DNA of 64,000 bases from an uncultured Phycisphaerales bacterium (lineage in GTDB: Bacteria > Planctomycetota > Phycisphaerae > Phycisphaerales > SM1A02), in NCBI GenBank assembly GCA_938084645.1, contig CALKEP010000012.1, positions 1 to 64,000 of the forward strand, read 5' to 3'. A model generated the notes under the pieces. That model saw nothing but the letters and a program-made list of their open reading frames with translations, was not told the origin of the DNA and made no database searches. The number at the start of each line of letters is the position of its first letter. Positions within the stretch are counted from its first letter, which is position 1. Position numbers and translations under genes: made by a program. This document shows positions 46,527 to 56,330 of this stretch, piece by piece.

Positions 46527-47489
46527 ATGTCCGAACTTCCGATCGATGCCGACATCGAACGCCTTCTCACCATCGTGAACGACGTTTCACAGCCCCGCAT
46601 CGTCTCGATGACCCCGGAGGAAGCGCGAGCGTGGTCGACATCCACGTTGGCCCCGCCGGATCCGCCGATCGAGGTCGCCTCGGTCGCCGATCGCACCATC
46701 CCGGGCCCGGCGGGGTCCCTCGCGGTGCGGGTGTACCACCCCGTCCCCGATGAGCCCCGACCACTCCTCATCTTCTTTCACGGAGGCGGCTGGGTGCTCG
46801 GTGACCTCGACGCCGCGGATCCGACGGCCCGCCGCCTCGCGGTCGAGCTCGATGCCGTGGTGGCGTCGGTGGACTACCGACTGGCCCCGGAGCATCCGTA
46901 TCCCGCGGGCCCGGAAGACGCGATCGCCGCCACCCGGTGGCTCGCCGAGCACGCCGCGGAAGTCGGTGCCGATCCCGAGCGGGTCGGGGTCGGCGGCGAC
47001 AGCGCGGGGGGACATCTCGCGGCGGTCGCCGCGATCGCGATGCGGAACGAGGGAGGACCGAGGCTCAACTGCCAGTACCTCATCTATCCGGTCACCGATT
47101 CCGACTTCACACGCGAAAGCATGGTGGACAACGCACGCGGTCGCCTTCTCGAGACCGAGGCCATGGCGTGGTTCTGGGATCACTTCTGCCCGGACCTCGA
47201 CCGCCGCGCCGAATGGCTGGCAAGTCCGATTCGCATCGACGACATGAGCGGCCTGCCCCCCGCGATCGTCGCGCTCGCGGCACACGATCCGCTCTACAGC
47301 GAAGGCCTGGCGTACGCCCGTCGACTCGAGGATGCCGGTGTCCCGACGACCGTGAAGGTCGCCACCGATCTCATCCACGGCTACTTCAGTCTCGAGGTCG
47401 TGGGCACCCGGTGCCTCGAGGAGATCCAGATCATGAATCGACTCGCTCGGCCGCTCCTGCACGCCTCCGAGACCGGCGTGATCGTGTGA
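46527..47489 (+). CDS. Alpha/beta hydrolase, HSL-family esterase/lipase
   Basis: HGGGW, DYRLAPEHPYPA, GDSAGG, HDPL, IHGY; start re-chosen at 46527. Confidence 0.95.
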   Translation: MSELPIDADIERLLTIVNDVSQPRIVSMTPEEARAWSTSTLAPPDPPIEVASVADRTIPGPAGSLAVRVYHPVPDEPRPLLIFFHGGGWVLGDLDAADPTARRLAVELDAVVASVDYRLAPEHPYPAGPEDAIAATRWLAEHAAEVGADPERVGVGGDSAGGHLAAVAAIAMRNEGGPRLNCQYLIYPVTDSDFTRESMVDNARGRLLETEAMAWFWDHFCPDLDRRAEWLASPIRIDDMSGLPPAIVALAAHDPLYSEGLAYARRLEDAGVPTTVKVATDLIHGYFSLEVVGTRCLEEIQIMNRLARPLLHASETGVIV

Positions 47490-47511
47490 CGTGATGCGTC
47501 CCGTGGTGACG

Positions 47512-47832
47512 TCACGCCAGATGAAAGACCTGATCCAGCGGCCGCATCGCCTCGTCCGGATTGACGCCCTCGAGGGACTCGAAGTAGTCCTTCATCGCGG
47601 CCTGCCAACGTGCGTTGACCGGCTCCTCGGACATTCCCGCCAACGCCGCGTCCCAGTCCGGCGTCTCGACGTACCCCACCAGCAGGCCGTCGTCTCGGAG
47701 AAAGAGCGAGTAGTTCGTCCACCCGTGACGGGAGAGCGCTTCGAGCATCTCCGGCCACACCGTCTCGTGGACACGCCGGTACGCCTCGAGGCGATCCGAT
47801 CGGACCTTCAGCAGAAAGCACACTCGACGCAT
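47512..47832 (-). CDS. rhaM: L-rhamnose mutarotase
   Basis: Y.R.H..VWPEML..L...GW.NYSLFL...VN.RWQ..M...VFHL; last gene of the rha operon. Confidence 0.9.
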   Translation of the reverse strand: MRRVCFLLKVRSDRLEAYRRVHETVWPEMLEALSRHGWTNYSLFLRDDGLLVGYVETPDWDAALAGMSEEPVNARWQAAMKDYFESLEGVNPDEAMRPLDQVFHLA

Positions 47833-47851
47833 CTGGTTCTCCGTGGGCGAC

Positions 47852-50041
47852 TCAGCGGACGAAGGCGTCCGGAAGACCACCGTCGACGGCGAGCACCTGC
47901 CCCGTGGTCCGGGAGGCCTCGGGGCCGAGCAGGAATCGAATCGCGGCCACCTGGTCGCGTGGCCGGATCGGAACGCCCAGCAGCGTCCGCGCCGCGTAGA
48001 ACGCCGAGAGCCGGCCGACGAGATCCTCGTCCGACATGGATTCGTCGAAGTCGATGTCGTACTTCCGAAGGCTGGAGACGACCCGGTCCCTCGGGAACAT
48101 CGTGCTGCCCTCGATCACCGTCGCCGGCGCCACCGCATTCACGCGGAGCCGCGGAGCGAGTCCGACCGCGAGCGACCGCACGAGATGGTTGGCCGCCGCC
48201 TTCGAGGCGTCATAGGCGGACGACCCCTTCTTCGCGACGACGCCGTTCACGCTCGTGGTGACGACGATCGACCCGTCGAGCTCCGCATCCCCCACCATCG
48301 AACCGAGTTCCTCGGCGAGGATCGACGGCCCCAGCACGTTCACGGCGAAGGTCTTCGCGAAGACCTCGTCGTCGATCGAACCATCCGGGCCCGGCGTGGG
48401 GAACATGCCGGCGGTGACCACGAGATCGTCGATTCCGCCGTAGGCGAGGATCGCGTCTTCGAACGCCCGACGCACCATGCCGCGATCCGTCGCATCCGCG
48501 GTGACCGCCAGGGTCGGACCGCAGTCCGACACCCCCGAACCCGCGACGCCGATGCCCGATCCCCGCGTCGCTTCGATCGCGGTCGCGACCGACGCGGCGC
48601 CGGCGGCGTCACGGTCGAGACAGACCACCGAAGCGTCGTCTTCGACGATCGAGGTGGCGCACTCGCGCCCGATGCCGGAACCCGCTCCCGCGACCAGGAC
48701 CACCCGACCGGCGAACGGACGCGGCGCGGGCATCCGCTGGAGCTTCGCCTCCTCCAGCCGCCAGTACTCGATGTCGAAGGCCTCCTGCGCGGGCAGCGCC
48801 CGGTAGCCACCGATCGACTCGGCGCCGCGCATCACCTCGATCGCACAACGATAGAACTCCGCGGTGGTCCGACTCTCCGACTTGCTCGCACCGAACGCGA
48901 TCATGCCGACGCCGGGAATGAGGATCACGGTGGGTTCGGGCGGTCGCATGCCGGGACTGTCCGGATGCCGACAGGACTCGTAGTACGCCTCGTAGTCCCG
49001 GACGTACGCCTGCAGGCCCGCGTCCAACCGCTCGCGGAGCGTCGCGGTCGTCTCTCGGTGCGGGTCCCAGTCGACGTGGAGCGGCCTGATCTTCGTGCGA
49101 AGGAAGTGATCCGGACAACTCGTCCCCAGCGCGGCGAGTCGCCCCGCGTCCCGACTCGACACGAAGGCGATGGTCGCCTCGTCCCACTGCACCGTCGCGA
49201 TCATCCGGCGCCGCTTCGACACCCGGCCGCGGAGCCACGGGAGTGTCTCGACCAGCACCCGTCGCCGGGCGTCCTCGTCGAGGGGAGCCACCGCCGCGCC
49301 GCCGAAGGTCGACGCCCCTCGATCATGGTCCGCGAGATATCGCGCGGCCCGGTCGATGTACTCCAGACTCCGGTCGTAGCAGGCCCGATCGTCGTCATGC
49401 CAGTTGATGAGCCCGTGCTGGCCCATGATCGCACCGCCCGCGTCGGGGTGCTCGTGACAAAGCCGCTCCAGCGCGAGGCCGAGCTCGAACCCCGGACGCA
49501 TCCAGGGAAGCCACGGCACCTCGTCACCGTAGATCTCGCGCGCGACGGTCTCCCCCTGCACGCTGGCGGCGATCGCGATGACCGCATTGGGATGCGTGTG
49601 ATCGACATGGGCGGCCGGCACGAACGCATGAAGGGGCGTGTCGATCGAGGATGCGCGAGGATTGAGGGCGAAGACGCAGTCTCGATAGCGGTCGACCATC
49701 TCGTCCTCGGCCTCGGACTTGATCCCGGTGACCGCCCGCGACGCATAGACCGCCTTCAACGCCTCGAGCCGCTCGAGGTCGAGGGAGGCGAAGTTCCCGC
49801 GACCCGCCGTTCGGAGATCGCCGCCGGAACCCTTGACCCAGAGCACGCGAACCGGCTTTCCCGTGACCGGATCCCGGTCCTCGACCTTGCTGGAGGTGTT
49901 CCCGCCACCCGTGTTGGTGACCCGTTGATCCTCCCCGAGGCGGTTGGACCGATAGACGAGGCGATCGACCGGATCGAGATCGCGGACCGCCTGGTCACAC
50001 CACAGATGCTTCACGAAGGGACTGGTCTCGGATCGGGTCAT
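47852..50041 (-). CDS. rhaD: Bifunctional rhamnulose-1-phosphate aldolase / short-chain dehydrogenase
   Basis: GGGNTSSK, VKGSGGDL, SIDTPLH, DHTHP, GTSCPDHFLRTK, IEYWRLEEAKL; SDR half GAGSGIG and YDASK. Confidence 0.95.
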   Translation of the reverse strand: MTRSETSPFVKHLWCDQAVRDLDPVDRLVYRSNRLGEDQRVTNTGGGNTSSKVEDRDPVTGKPVRVLWVKGSGGDLRTAGRGNFASLDLERLEALKAVYASRAVTGIKSEAEDEMVDRYRDCVFALNPRASSIDTPLHAFVPAAHVDHTHPNAVIAIAASVQGETVAREIYGDEVPWLPWMRPGFELGLALERLCHEHPDAGGAIMGQHGLINWHDDDRACYDRSLEYIDRAARYLADHDRGASTFGGAAVAPLDEDARRRVLVETLPWLRGRVSKRRRMIATVQWDEATIAFVSSRDAGRLAALGTSCPDHFLRTKIRPLHVDWDPHRETTATLRERLDAGLQAYVRDYEAYYESCRHPDSPGMRPPEPTVILIPGVGMIAFGASKSESRTTAEFYRCAIEVMRGAESIGGYRALPAQEAFDIEYWRLEEAKLQRMPAPRPFAGRVVLVAGAGSGIGRECATSIVEDDASVVCLDRDAAGAASVATAIEATRGSGIGVAGSGVSDCGPTLAVTADATDRGMVRRAFEDAILAYGGIDDLVVTAGMFPTPGPDGSIDDEVFAKTFAVNVLGPSILAEELGSMVGDAELDGSIVVTTSVNGVVAKKGSSAYDASKAAANHLVRSLAVGLAPRLRVNAVAPATVIEGSTMFPRDRVVSSLRKYDIDFDESMSDEDLVGRLSAFYAARTLLGVPIRPRDQVAAIRFLLGPEASRTTGQVLAVDGGLPDAFVR

Positions 50042-50085
50042 CGGGGTTCCTTCGGGGTTGCGGCGCGGAGACGAGGAACGAGATG

Positions 50086-51588
50086 CTACGTCCTCGGGTC
50101 GAGGGCGGCGAGCCGGACGCCGGCCGCGGCGGCGAGGCGTCGAACCTCGGGAAGATCATCCGGATCCGCGACCGGTCTCGCGACGGGAAGCAGACCCGCG
50201 AGGTCGGATCTGCTTCGAAGCCCCCGCGACGAGGCGATCTGAACCACCGCGTTTCCGAGCGAGGTCGACTCCGTCGAACCGACGACCACGGGAAGTCCGC
50301 TGCACGCCGAGACGAGTCGGTTGAGAAGACCGTTCGCAGCGCCACCACCCACCACCACGACCCGATCGAGACGACGACCCGCCACCTCCGCGAGCGAACG
50401 GATGACCTCCGCGGTCCGGAGGGCGACCGAATCGAGAATCGCCCTCACCATGGCACCGTCGTCCTCCGGCACCGGATCACCGCTCGCCGCGATCGCGGCC
50501 GCGATCCGGCCGGGCATCCCACCCGGCGCCGCGAGTCCGGGATCGTCGGGATCGAAGAGCGATCGGAACGGCTCGGCGGCCTCGGCCATCGACGCGAGCG
50601 TGGCCCAGTCGAGATCACGCCCGTCGTCCGCCCAGCTGCGGCGGCACTCCTGCAGGAGCCAGAGCCCGGCGACGTTGCGGAGGAATCGGGTGGTTCCGAA
50701 GATCCCCGGCTCGTTCGTCGCGTTGATCCGCATCGCCGCCGGCGTCCGGATCGATCCTCCGAGCTCGAGGCCCACCAACGACCAGGTCCCGCTGGAGATG
50801 AACACGTCCCCCGGCCCGGCGAGCGGCGCCGCCGCGACCGCGGCGGCCGTGTCGTGGCTCGCGGTCGCCCGCATCGGCGTTCCCGCGGGCAAGCCGAGCG
50901 CCTCGGTGATCTCCGGATCGATCACCCCGATCGGGTCGGCCGTCTCCCCCGCCACCACTTCGGGCATGAGACGCATCGGCACGTCGGCCGTCTCCAGGAG
51001 CTCCGGAATCCAGGCGTCCCGCTCGAGATCGAAGCACTGCGTGCTGCCTGCGTTGGTCCGTTCCCCCGTCACCGATCCGCAGAGTCGATGTGCCACCAGG
51101 TCGGGGATCATGAGCATCCGGCAGGCGCGCTCGAACGGCTCGCCGGGATCGACCGCGTCGGCGGCGAGTTGATACAGCGTGTTGAACGCCTGGAACTGGA
51201 TGCCGGTCCGTCCGTAGATCGTCTCGTCCCCGAGCTCCGCGCGAAGCCGGGCGGAACTCTCCACGTGCCGCTCGTCGCGGTAGGCGGTGACCGGCGCCAC
51301 CAGTTCACCCCGGTCATCGAGGAGCCCGTAGTCGACGGCCCAGGAATCCACCGCGATCGAGTCGACGGCGTCGTCGGCCGCGACCGCCCGGATGCCGTCG
51401 GACACCCCCCTCATGATCGCGTCCATGTCCCAGCACCATCGAGGCGATCCACCCACCTCGCGGCGAACGGGGCCGTTCGGGAATCGATGGACGGCGTCGA
51501 TCTCGACCCCCGCATCCGTGGCTCGCACGCCGACCACTCGTCCCGAGGACGCACCGAGGTCGATCGCGATGACCCGGTCGGTCGACAT
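50086..51588 (-). CDS. rhaB: Rhamnulokinase
   Basis: AIDLGASSGRV, DSWAVDY, NTLYQL, SHDTA, SSGTWSLVG, NVAGLWLLQEC. Confidence 0.95.
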   Translation of the reverse strand: MSTDRVIAIDLGASSGRVVGVRATDAGVEIDAVHRFPNGPVRREVGGSPRWCWDMDAIMRGVSDGIRAVAADDAVDSIAVDSWAVDYGLLDDRGELVAPVTAYRDERHVESSARLRAELGDETIYGRTGIQFQAFNTLYQLAADAVDPGEPFERACRMLMIPDLVAHRLCGSVTGERTNAGSTQCFDLERDAWIPELLETADVPMRLMPEVVAGETADPIGVIDPEITEALGLPAGTPMRATASHDTAAAVAAAPLAGPGDVFISSGTWSLVGLELGGSIRTPAAMRINATNEPGIFGTTRFLRNVAGLWLLQECRRSWADDGRDLDWATLASMAEAAEPFRSLFDPDDPGLAAPGGMPGRIAAAIAASGDPVPEDDGAMVRAILDSVALRTAEVIRSLAEVAGRRLDRVVVVGGGAANGLLNRLVSACSGLPVVVGSTESTSLGNAVVQIASSRGLRSRSDLAGLLPVARPVADPDDLPEVRRLAAAAGVRLAALDPRT

Positions 51589-52766
51589 CAGGCGTAGGAG
51601 CCTCCGGAGGACGGCTTTCGACCGAGCCTCGTCGCCGCCGCCCGCTCGACATGGCCGGATGCCCGATGATCACCGATCGGATCCGAGGGAAGACCACGAC
51701 GGCGACGCCACTCGCAGAGCATCGGCCGGACGTCGGTGGCGAACGCGTCCGCGAGGCAGCGTTCGGCGTCGACCACGTCGCCGGCCCGGCGTGCGGACTC
51801 CAGGGAGTCGAGGTCGACGAGCAGCGCCTTCGCAAGCATCGTCTGAACGGTGTCGACGGTCTGGATCATCGCCTCGACCTTCGGCTTCAGATTGTGCGAC
51901 TGATCGATCATGTAGTCGATCGGAAGCTCCTGATCCGACTCCCGTTCGAACTGGACGATCTCGAACAGGATTCGAAAGATCCGGTAGGGGTCGATCGATC
52001 CGACCGTGAGGTCGTCGTCCGCATAGTGACGGTCGTTGAAATGAAAGCCGCCCAGCATCCCCTCGTCGAGGAGGAACGCCACGACGTGTTCGATGTTCTG
52101 CCCGAGAAGATGATGCCCGGTGTCGACGAGCACCTTCGCCCTCGGCCCCGCCGCGCGGGCGAGCGCGGCGGCCATGCCCCAGTCCGCGATGTCGGTGTGG
52201 TAGAAGGCGGGCTCGAACGGCTTGTACTCGACGAGCATCCGCATCGACGCCGGCATCGCGTCGTGAACCTCCCGCAACGCCGATTCGAACCAGCGTTTTC
52301 GCCGCCGGAAGTGCCCCTGCCCCGGGTAGTTGGTTCCGTCCGCGAACCAGAGCGAGAGCACGTCGCTTCCGATCGCCCGCCCGAGTTCGACCGATCGCAG
52401 GAGGTGCTCGATCGCCCGACGTCGAATCGAGGCGTCCTCGTTCGCGACCGAGCCCAGCCGGTAGCACTGGTCCTGGAAGAGGTTCGGGTTGACGGAACCG
52501 AGTCGAAGCCCGCGAGCCGCGGCCAGTTCCGCCGCGTCGCCGGGCTCGTCTCCCTCGAAGTCCCACAGGACGTGGACCGCGACGCTCGGGCAGCACCCCG
52601 TCACCCGGTGGACCTCCGCGGCATCGTCCAGCTTGTCCGCGAGCGTGAGCGCCGCGGCATCCTGGAGATACTTGCCGAAACGCGTGCCGGTGTCCGCGAA
52701 TCCCCAGCTGGGCAGTTCGATGCGGAGTCGATCGAGTCCCGCGAGCACGACGTCGAGTTCGGTCAT
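51588..52766 (-). CDS. rhaI: L-rhamnose isomerase (xylose-isomerase-like TIM barrel)
   Basis: IELPSWGFADTGTRF, WFADGTNYPGQ, EYKPFEPAFY.TD..DWG, DTGHH, FNDR.YADDDL, MIDQSHN; start at 52766 or 52781. Confidence 0.92.
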   Translation of the reverse strand: MTELDVVLAGLDRLRIELPSWGFADTGTRFGKYLQDAAALTLADKLDDAAEVHRVTGCCPSVAVHVLWDFEGDEPGDAAELAAARGLRLGSVNPNLFQDQCYRLGSVANEDASIRRRAIEHLLRSVELGRAIGSDVLSLWFADGTNYPGQGHFRRRKRWFESALREVHDAMPASMRMLVEYKPFEPAFYHTDIADWGMAAALARAAGPRAKVLVDTGHHLLGQNIEHVVAFLLDEGMLGGFHFNDRHYADDDLTVGSIDPYRIFRILFEIVQFERESDQELPIDYMIDQSHNLKPKVEAMIQTVDTVQTMLAKALLVDLDSLESARRAGDVVDAERCLADAFATDVRPMLCEWRRRRGLPSDPIGDHRASGHVERAAATRLGRKPSSGGSYA

Positions 52767-52831
52767 GAAATCAGGCTCCATGCGAGGGACCGGACGCGAC
52801 CAGGCCACGTCGTCAGGTATCATCGCACCGG

Positions 52832-53719
52832 ATGGCTTCAGCGCCCAGCACCGACGACGCGAACTCGAAGGATCGACCCGATCCGGGAGATGTCGCCTCG
52901 TCCCCGCTCCTGATCGTCGGTGCCCCGCGAAGCGGTACGACCTGGTTGCAGCGACTTCTCCTCGGCCATCCGGATTGCGTCGGCGGCCAGGAGTCCCATC
53001 TGCTCGTCCTCTTCGACGCCATGCTCTCGGAGGCTCGCCGGAAGGCCGGCTTCGATCGGCCGCACGGCCCCCTCACCCTCGCCTCCGAAGCGGTCATGCT
53101 CGACTCGTTTCGAAAGATGTGGATCGAGACCCTCGAGCCCACCGTCGAATCGCGCCCGAACGCGAGGCTGCTGATCGAGAAGACGCCCGATCACGCCCTT
53201 CATCTCGAACTGGCCGATCGGCTGCTGCCGCGCTGCCGGGTCATCCACCTGGTCCGACATCCAGCCGACGTCGCGGCCAGCCTGGTCCGCGCCGCCACCA
53301 GGCCGTGGGGCCGCGGCTGGGCACCGGGATCGATCGAAGCCGCGACCCGACGCTGGGTCGAATGCGTCGAGGCCGCGGAATCCGCCGCCCCGCGGTTCGG
53401 TGCCGCTCGATTCATGACCCTGCGATACGAGGATCTTCGATCGGAGCCGGCTCGAACGCTCGGCGAGGCGCTCGACTTCGCGGGGTTGCCGACGTCCGGG
53501 ACGGAATGCGCCCGAATCGTCACCACGGAAGACGCCGGCGCAGGCCCGGCCATCACGCTGCGCGGCGAATTCGGGGATCAGCCGCTCGTCGAACCGGACG
53601 GGTTCGGGGATGGAACCCGGCAGACGCCGCTCGGACGCCGTGATTTCAAGAGGTGCCTCGCCATCGCGGGCCCGCTCCTGTCGCGGTTCGGCCACGACCC
53701 GAAGGGCGAGGATCGTTGA
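52832..53719 (+). CDS. PAPS-dependent sulfotransferase
   Basis: IVGAPRSGTTWL (5'-PSB loop), EKTP, RHPADVAAS (3'-PB), RYEDL. Confidence 0.9.
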   Translation: MASAPSTDDANSKDRPDPGDVASSPLLIVGAPRSGTTWLQRLLLGHPDCVGGQESHLLVLFDAMLSEARRKAGFDRPHGPLTLASEAVMLDSFRKMWIETLEPTVESRPNARLLIEKTPDHALHLELADRLLPRCRVIHLVRHPADVAASLVRAATRPWGRGWAPGSIEAATRRWVECVEAAESAAPRFGAARFMTLRYEDLRSEPARTLGEALDFAGLPTSGTECARIVTTEDAGAGPAITLRGEFGDQPLVEPDGFGDGTRQTPLGRRDFKRCLAIAGPLLSRFGHDPKGEDR

Positions 53720-54600
53720 CCGCCCAGCCGCGATTCAGCGTGGTCACCATCGTCCGAGACGGGGAGACTCATCTCGCGGAGGCGGTGGCGAGCGTTCGGG
53801 ATCAGTCCGTCGAAGACTGGGAGCTCCACATCGTCGATGATGGCTCGATCGACGGAACCCTCGACCTCGCGACCCGACTGGCCAAGGAGGATTCCGAGCG
53901 AATCCATGTCCACCGTCATCCCGAGGGGGAGAACCGCGGGATGAGCGCGAGCCGGAATCTGGGGCTTCGCCACGCCACCGGGGAGTTCGTGACCTGGCTC
54001 GACCACGACGATCGGTTCCTCCCCCGCAAACTGGAGACGCTTCACGAGACGCTGGACCGATGTCCGGAGGCGGTGGCGGCGATCGGTCCCTGCCGTCGCT
54101 GGTGGTCATGGGGCTCGCCCGAAGGGAGAGACGAGGACCAGACGATCCCTTCCGTCGAGGTCGATCGGCTGCTCCGACCACCGGGCCTGCTGCCGATGTT
54201 CCTCGAGAATCCCCGGGCGGTTCCACTCGCGCCCCTGGTGCGTCGTCGGCCGTTGGTGGCGATGGGCGGGCACGTCGAACGATTCCGGGGCATGTACGAG
54301 GATCAGGCGTTTCTCGCCCGCCTCATGTTCCGTCATCCCGTGATTGTGATTCCCGACGTCCTGCATCTCTATCGCCAGCACGAGTCGAGCTGCGTCGCAC
54401 GAACCCACCGATCCGGTCTCGACATCCGGACCCGGAGACGCTTCCTGCACTGGCTCGCGATGGAGTTCGAGACCTGCGGCCCGCGAGACGAGACGCTTCG
54501 CCGCGCGATCGCCCGTGCGACTCGCGCGACACGATCCTGGCGACTGCGGCGTTGGCAGCGAATCATCATCAACCTTCGCTCGAAGAACGTCGCTCACTGA
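53716..54600 (+). CDS. Glycosyltransferase family 2
   Basis: TTG overlapping the upstream stop; VDDGS.DGT, SASRNLG, WLDHDD, YED. Confidence 0.92.
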   Translation: MTAQPRFSVVTIVRDGETHLAEAVASVRDQSVEDWELHIVDDGSIDGTLDLATRLAKEDSERIHVHRHPEGENRGMSASRNLGLRHATGEFVTWLDHDDRFLPRKLETLHETLDRCPEAVAAIGPCRRWWSWGSPEGRDEDQTIPSVEVDRLLRPPGLLPMFLENPRAVPLAPLVRRRPLVAMGGHVERFRGMYEDQAFLARLMFRHPVIVIPDVLHLYRQHESSCVARTHRSGLDIRTRRRFLHWLAMEFETCGPRDETLRRAIARATRATRSWRLRRWQRIIINLRSKNVAH

Positions 54601-55309
54601 TCGGATCGACGTCGAAGACCGACGACCACTCACTGGACGCCAGCTGGCGACGAAGCGATTCGATGTTCCCCACCGCCGCCGCCAGTTCCTGATTCGTGTT
54701 CTTCGCGACGGAGGATGCGAGCGGGCGATGCTCGACCCCGAGCCACTGCTGCACCATCGCGAGCACCCCATCGGGATCTTCCAGGATGTCCGCGTACTCG
54801 ATCTCGCAGGGAACGACACCCGACGATGCGATGAAGCCGTCGAGCCGCAGCACGTCGTCTCGGCAGCGGGCGAGGGCATCGACGAGTTCCTCGACGGCGA
54901 CATCCCCCCCGCTCACCGGACGCTCGCGGGCACGAACGTTCCACCGCCCGGTCTCCGCGTGGAGTCGCCGCGCATTGATTCTGGAGATCGCGAGCCGAAG
55001 CAGGTCCCGACGCCGCATCAGAATGACCGTCAATTCGTTCTCCACGATGCAGGATCGAAGCAGATCGAGGTCCGCGACATCCTTCAGCTTCGTCTTGAAC
55101 CCGACGGCGGATCTGGTCCGTCGGCCGGCATACAGACGTCGGAGCGTCGACCGCTGCTCGTCCGGGGACCGGCCCACGAGAATCTCACCCTCCGCTCGAA
55201 TGCGTGGATGCCGTCCGAGGCCGTCGACCAACCATGAACTCCCCGTCCTGCCGGGAAAGAGAATCAGGAAACGGGTGCCGACGGGTTGTCGTCTCAGCCA
55301 GGGAATCAT
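54569..55309 (-). CDS. Sulfotransferase (Stf0-like)
   Basis: FLIL..GRTGSSWL...L..HP....GE, GFK, RRRDLL..AIS, IEY.DI. Confidence 0.8.
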   Translation of the reverse strand: MIPWLRRQPVGTRFLILFPGRTGSSWLVDGLGRHPRIRAEGEILVGRSPDEQRSTLRRLYAGRRTRSAVGFKTKLKDVADLDLLRSCIVENELTVILMRRRDLLRLAISRINARRLHAETGRWNVRARERPVSGGDVAVEELVDALARCRDDVLRLDGFIASSGVVPCEIEYADILEDPDGVLAMVQQWLGVEHRPLASSVAKNTNQELAAAVGNIESLRRQLASSEWSSVFDVDPISERRSSSEG

Positions 55310-55344
55310 CGACGAGTCCTCGATTCAACTGTATCGTCGGACCC

Positions 55345-56214
55345 ATGCCCCATGCGCCGACAACGCATTCCTGCGTTCCGACGCCGGAACCCCGACCGAA
55401 CCTTCATCGGCTTCTATCGGCACCGTGGCGGGTGCTTCCGGATTTCCTTCTGATCGGCGCCCAGAAGTCCGGCACCACCGATCTCGATCGTCGAATCGCC
55501 CGGTCACCACACGTACTCCCGAGGGCGGCCAAGGAATGCCGGATCCTCGCGGGCCCCCGGCCGTCGAGCCTTCGCTGCCGGAGCTTCCAGGAGTCCGCTT
55601 TCCGACGCGCCCGTCTCCAACGCCGGCTCGGTGGCCGATGCCGAGCCGGGGACGCGTGCCCCTACTACCTCTTCCACCCGAGAACGCCGACGATCGCCCG
55701 TGATCTGCTGGGGCCGGAACTCGATCTCATCGTGCTGCTCCGGGACCCCGCCCTGCGGGCCTGGTCGCATCATCGACATGAACGAAGGCTCGGCGTCGAG
55801 ACGCTTGAGTTCGAGGATGCGATCGCACAGGAACCCGCCCGACTCGCCGGTGAGACGCGACGCCTTCTCGATGATCCGGCCGCCGTCTCGGGACCTCATG
55901 AGCACTTCTCGTATCTGGCCCGCGGTCGATACGCGGAGCAGCTCGAGCGATGGTTCGAGGCCTTCGGATCCGAACGAGTGCTGGTCCTCTTCTCCGAAGA
56001 TCATTTCGAGGACCCCGAAGGCACCAGCAACCGGGTGCTCGAACGGCTCGGGCTCCCACCGAACCCTTCTGCACCCCCGCTTCCGATCGCCAATCGCGGC
56101 GACGGTCGGCCCCCGCCACCCGCCACCCTCGATCGACTGCGAGCCCACTTCGCGCCCCAGAACGATCGTCTCGCCCGACTTCTGGGCCGACCGGTTCCCT
56201 GGCCCGAATCCTGA
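55345..56214 (+). CDS. Sulfotransferase (heparan-sulfate sulfotransferase-like family)
   Basis: LPDFLLIGAQKSGTT, P.YLFHP, LLRDP..RAWSH, YLARGRYAEQLERW; start re-chosen at 55345. Confidence 0.9.
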   Translation: MPHAPTTHSCVPTPEPRPNLHRLLSAPWRVLPDFLLIGAQKSGTTDLDRRIARSPHVLPRAAKECRILAGPRPSSLRCRSFQESAFRRARLQRRLGGRCRAGDACPYYLFHPRTPTIARDLLGPELDLIVLLRDPALRAWSHHRHERRLGVETLEFEDAIAQEPARLAGETRRLLDDPAAVSGPHEHFSYLARGRYAEQLERWFEAFGSERVLVLFSEDHFEDPEGTSNRVLERLGLPPNPSAPPLPIANRGDGRPPPPATLDRLRAHFAPQNDRLARLLGRPVPWPES

Positions 56215-56330
56215 GGCTGCGATCGACGACGAGCGATCCATCGTCGGGTGGACCACCCACTGATCGCGCCCTCGCTCACGCCGCACGCCGCTTCGATCCG
56301 AAGTATCCGGAGCCCTGACGCGAATCGATC

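Noticed and set aside
47843..50242. 799-aa plus-strand ORF, and similar long ORFs at 12104-14185, 18825-20444, 37125-38762 and 58421-60367
   Set aside because: Mirror frames of recognisable genes on the opposite strand.
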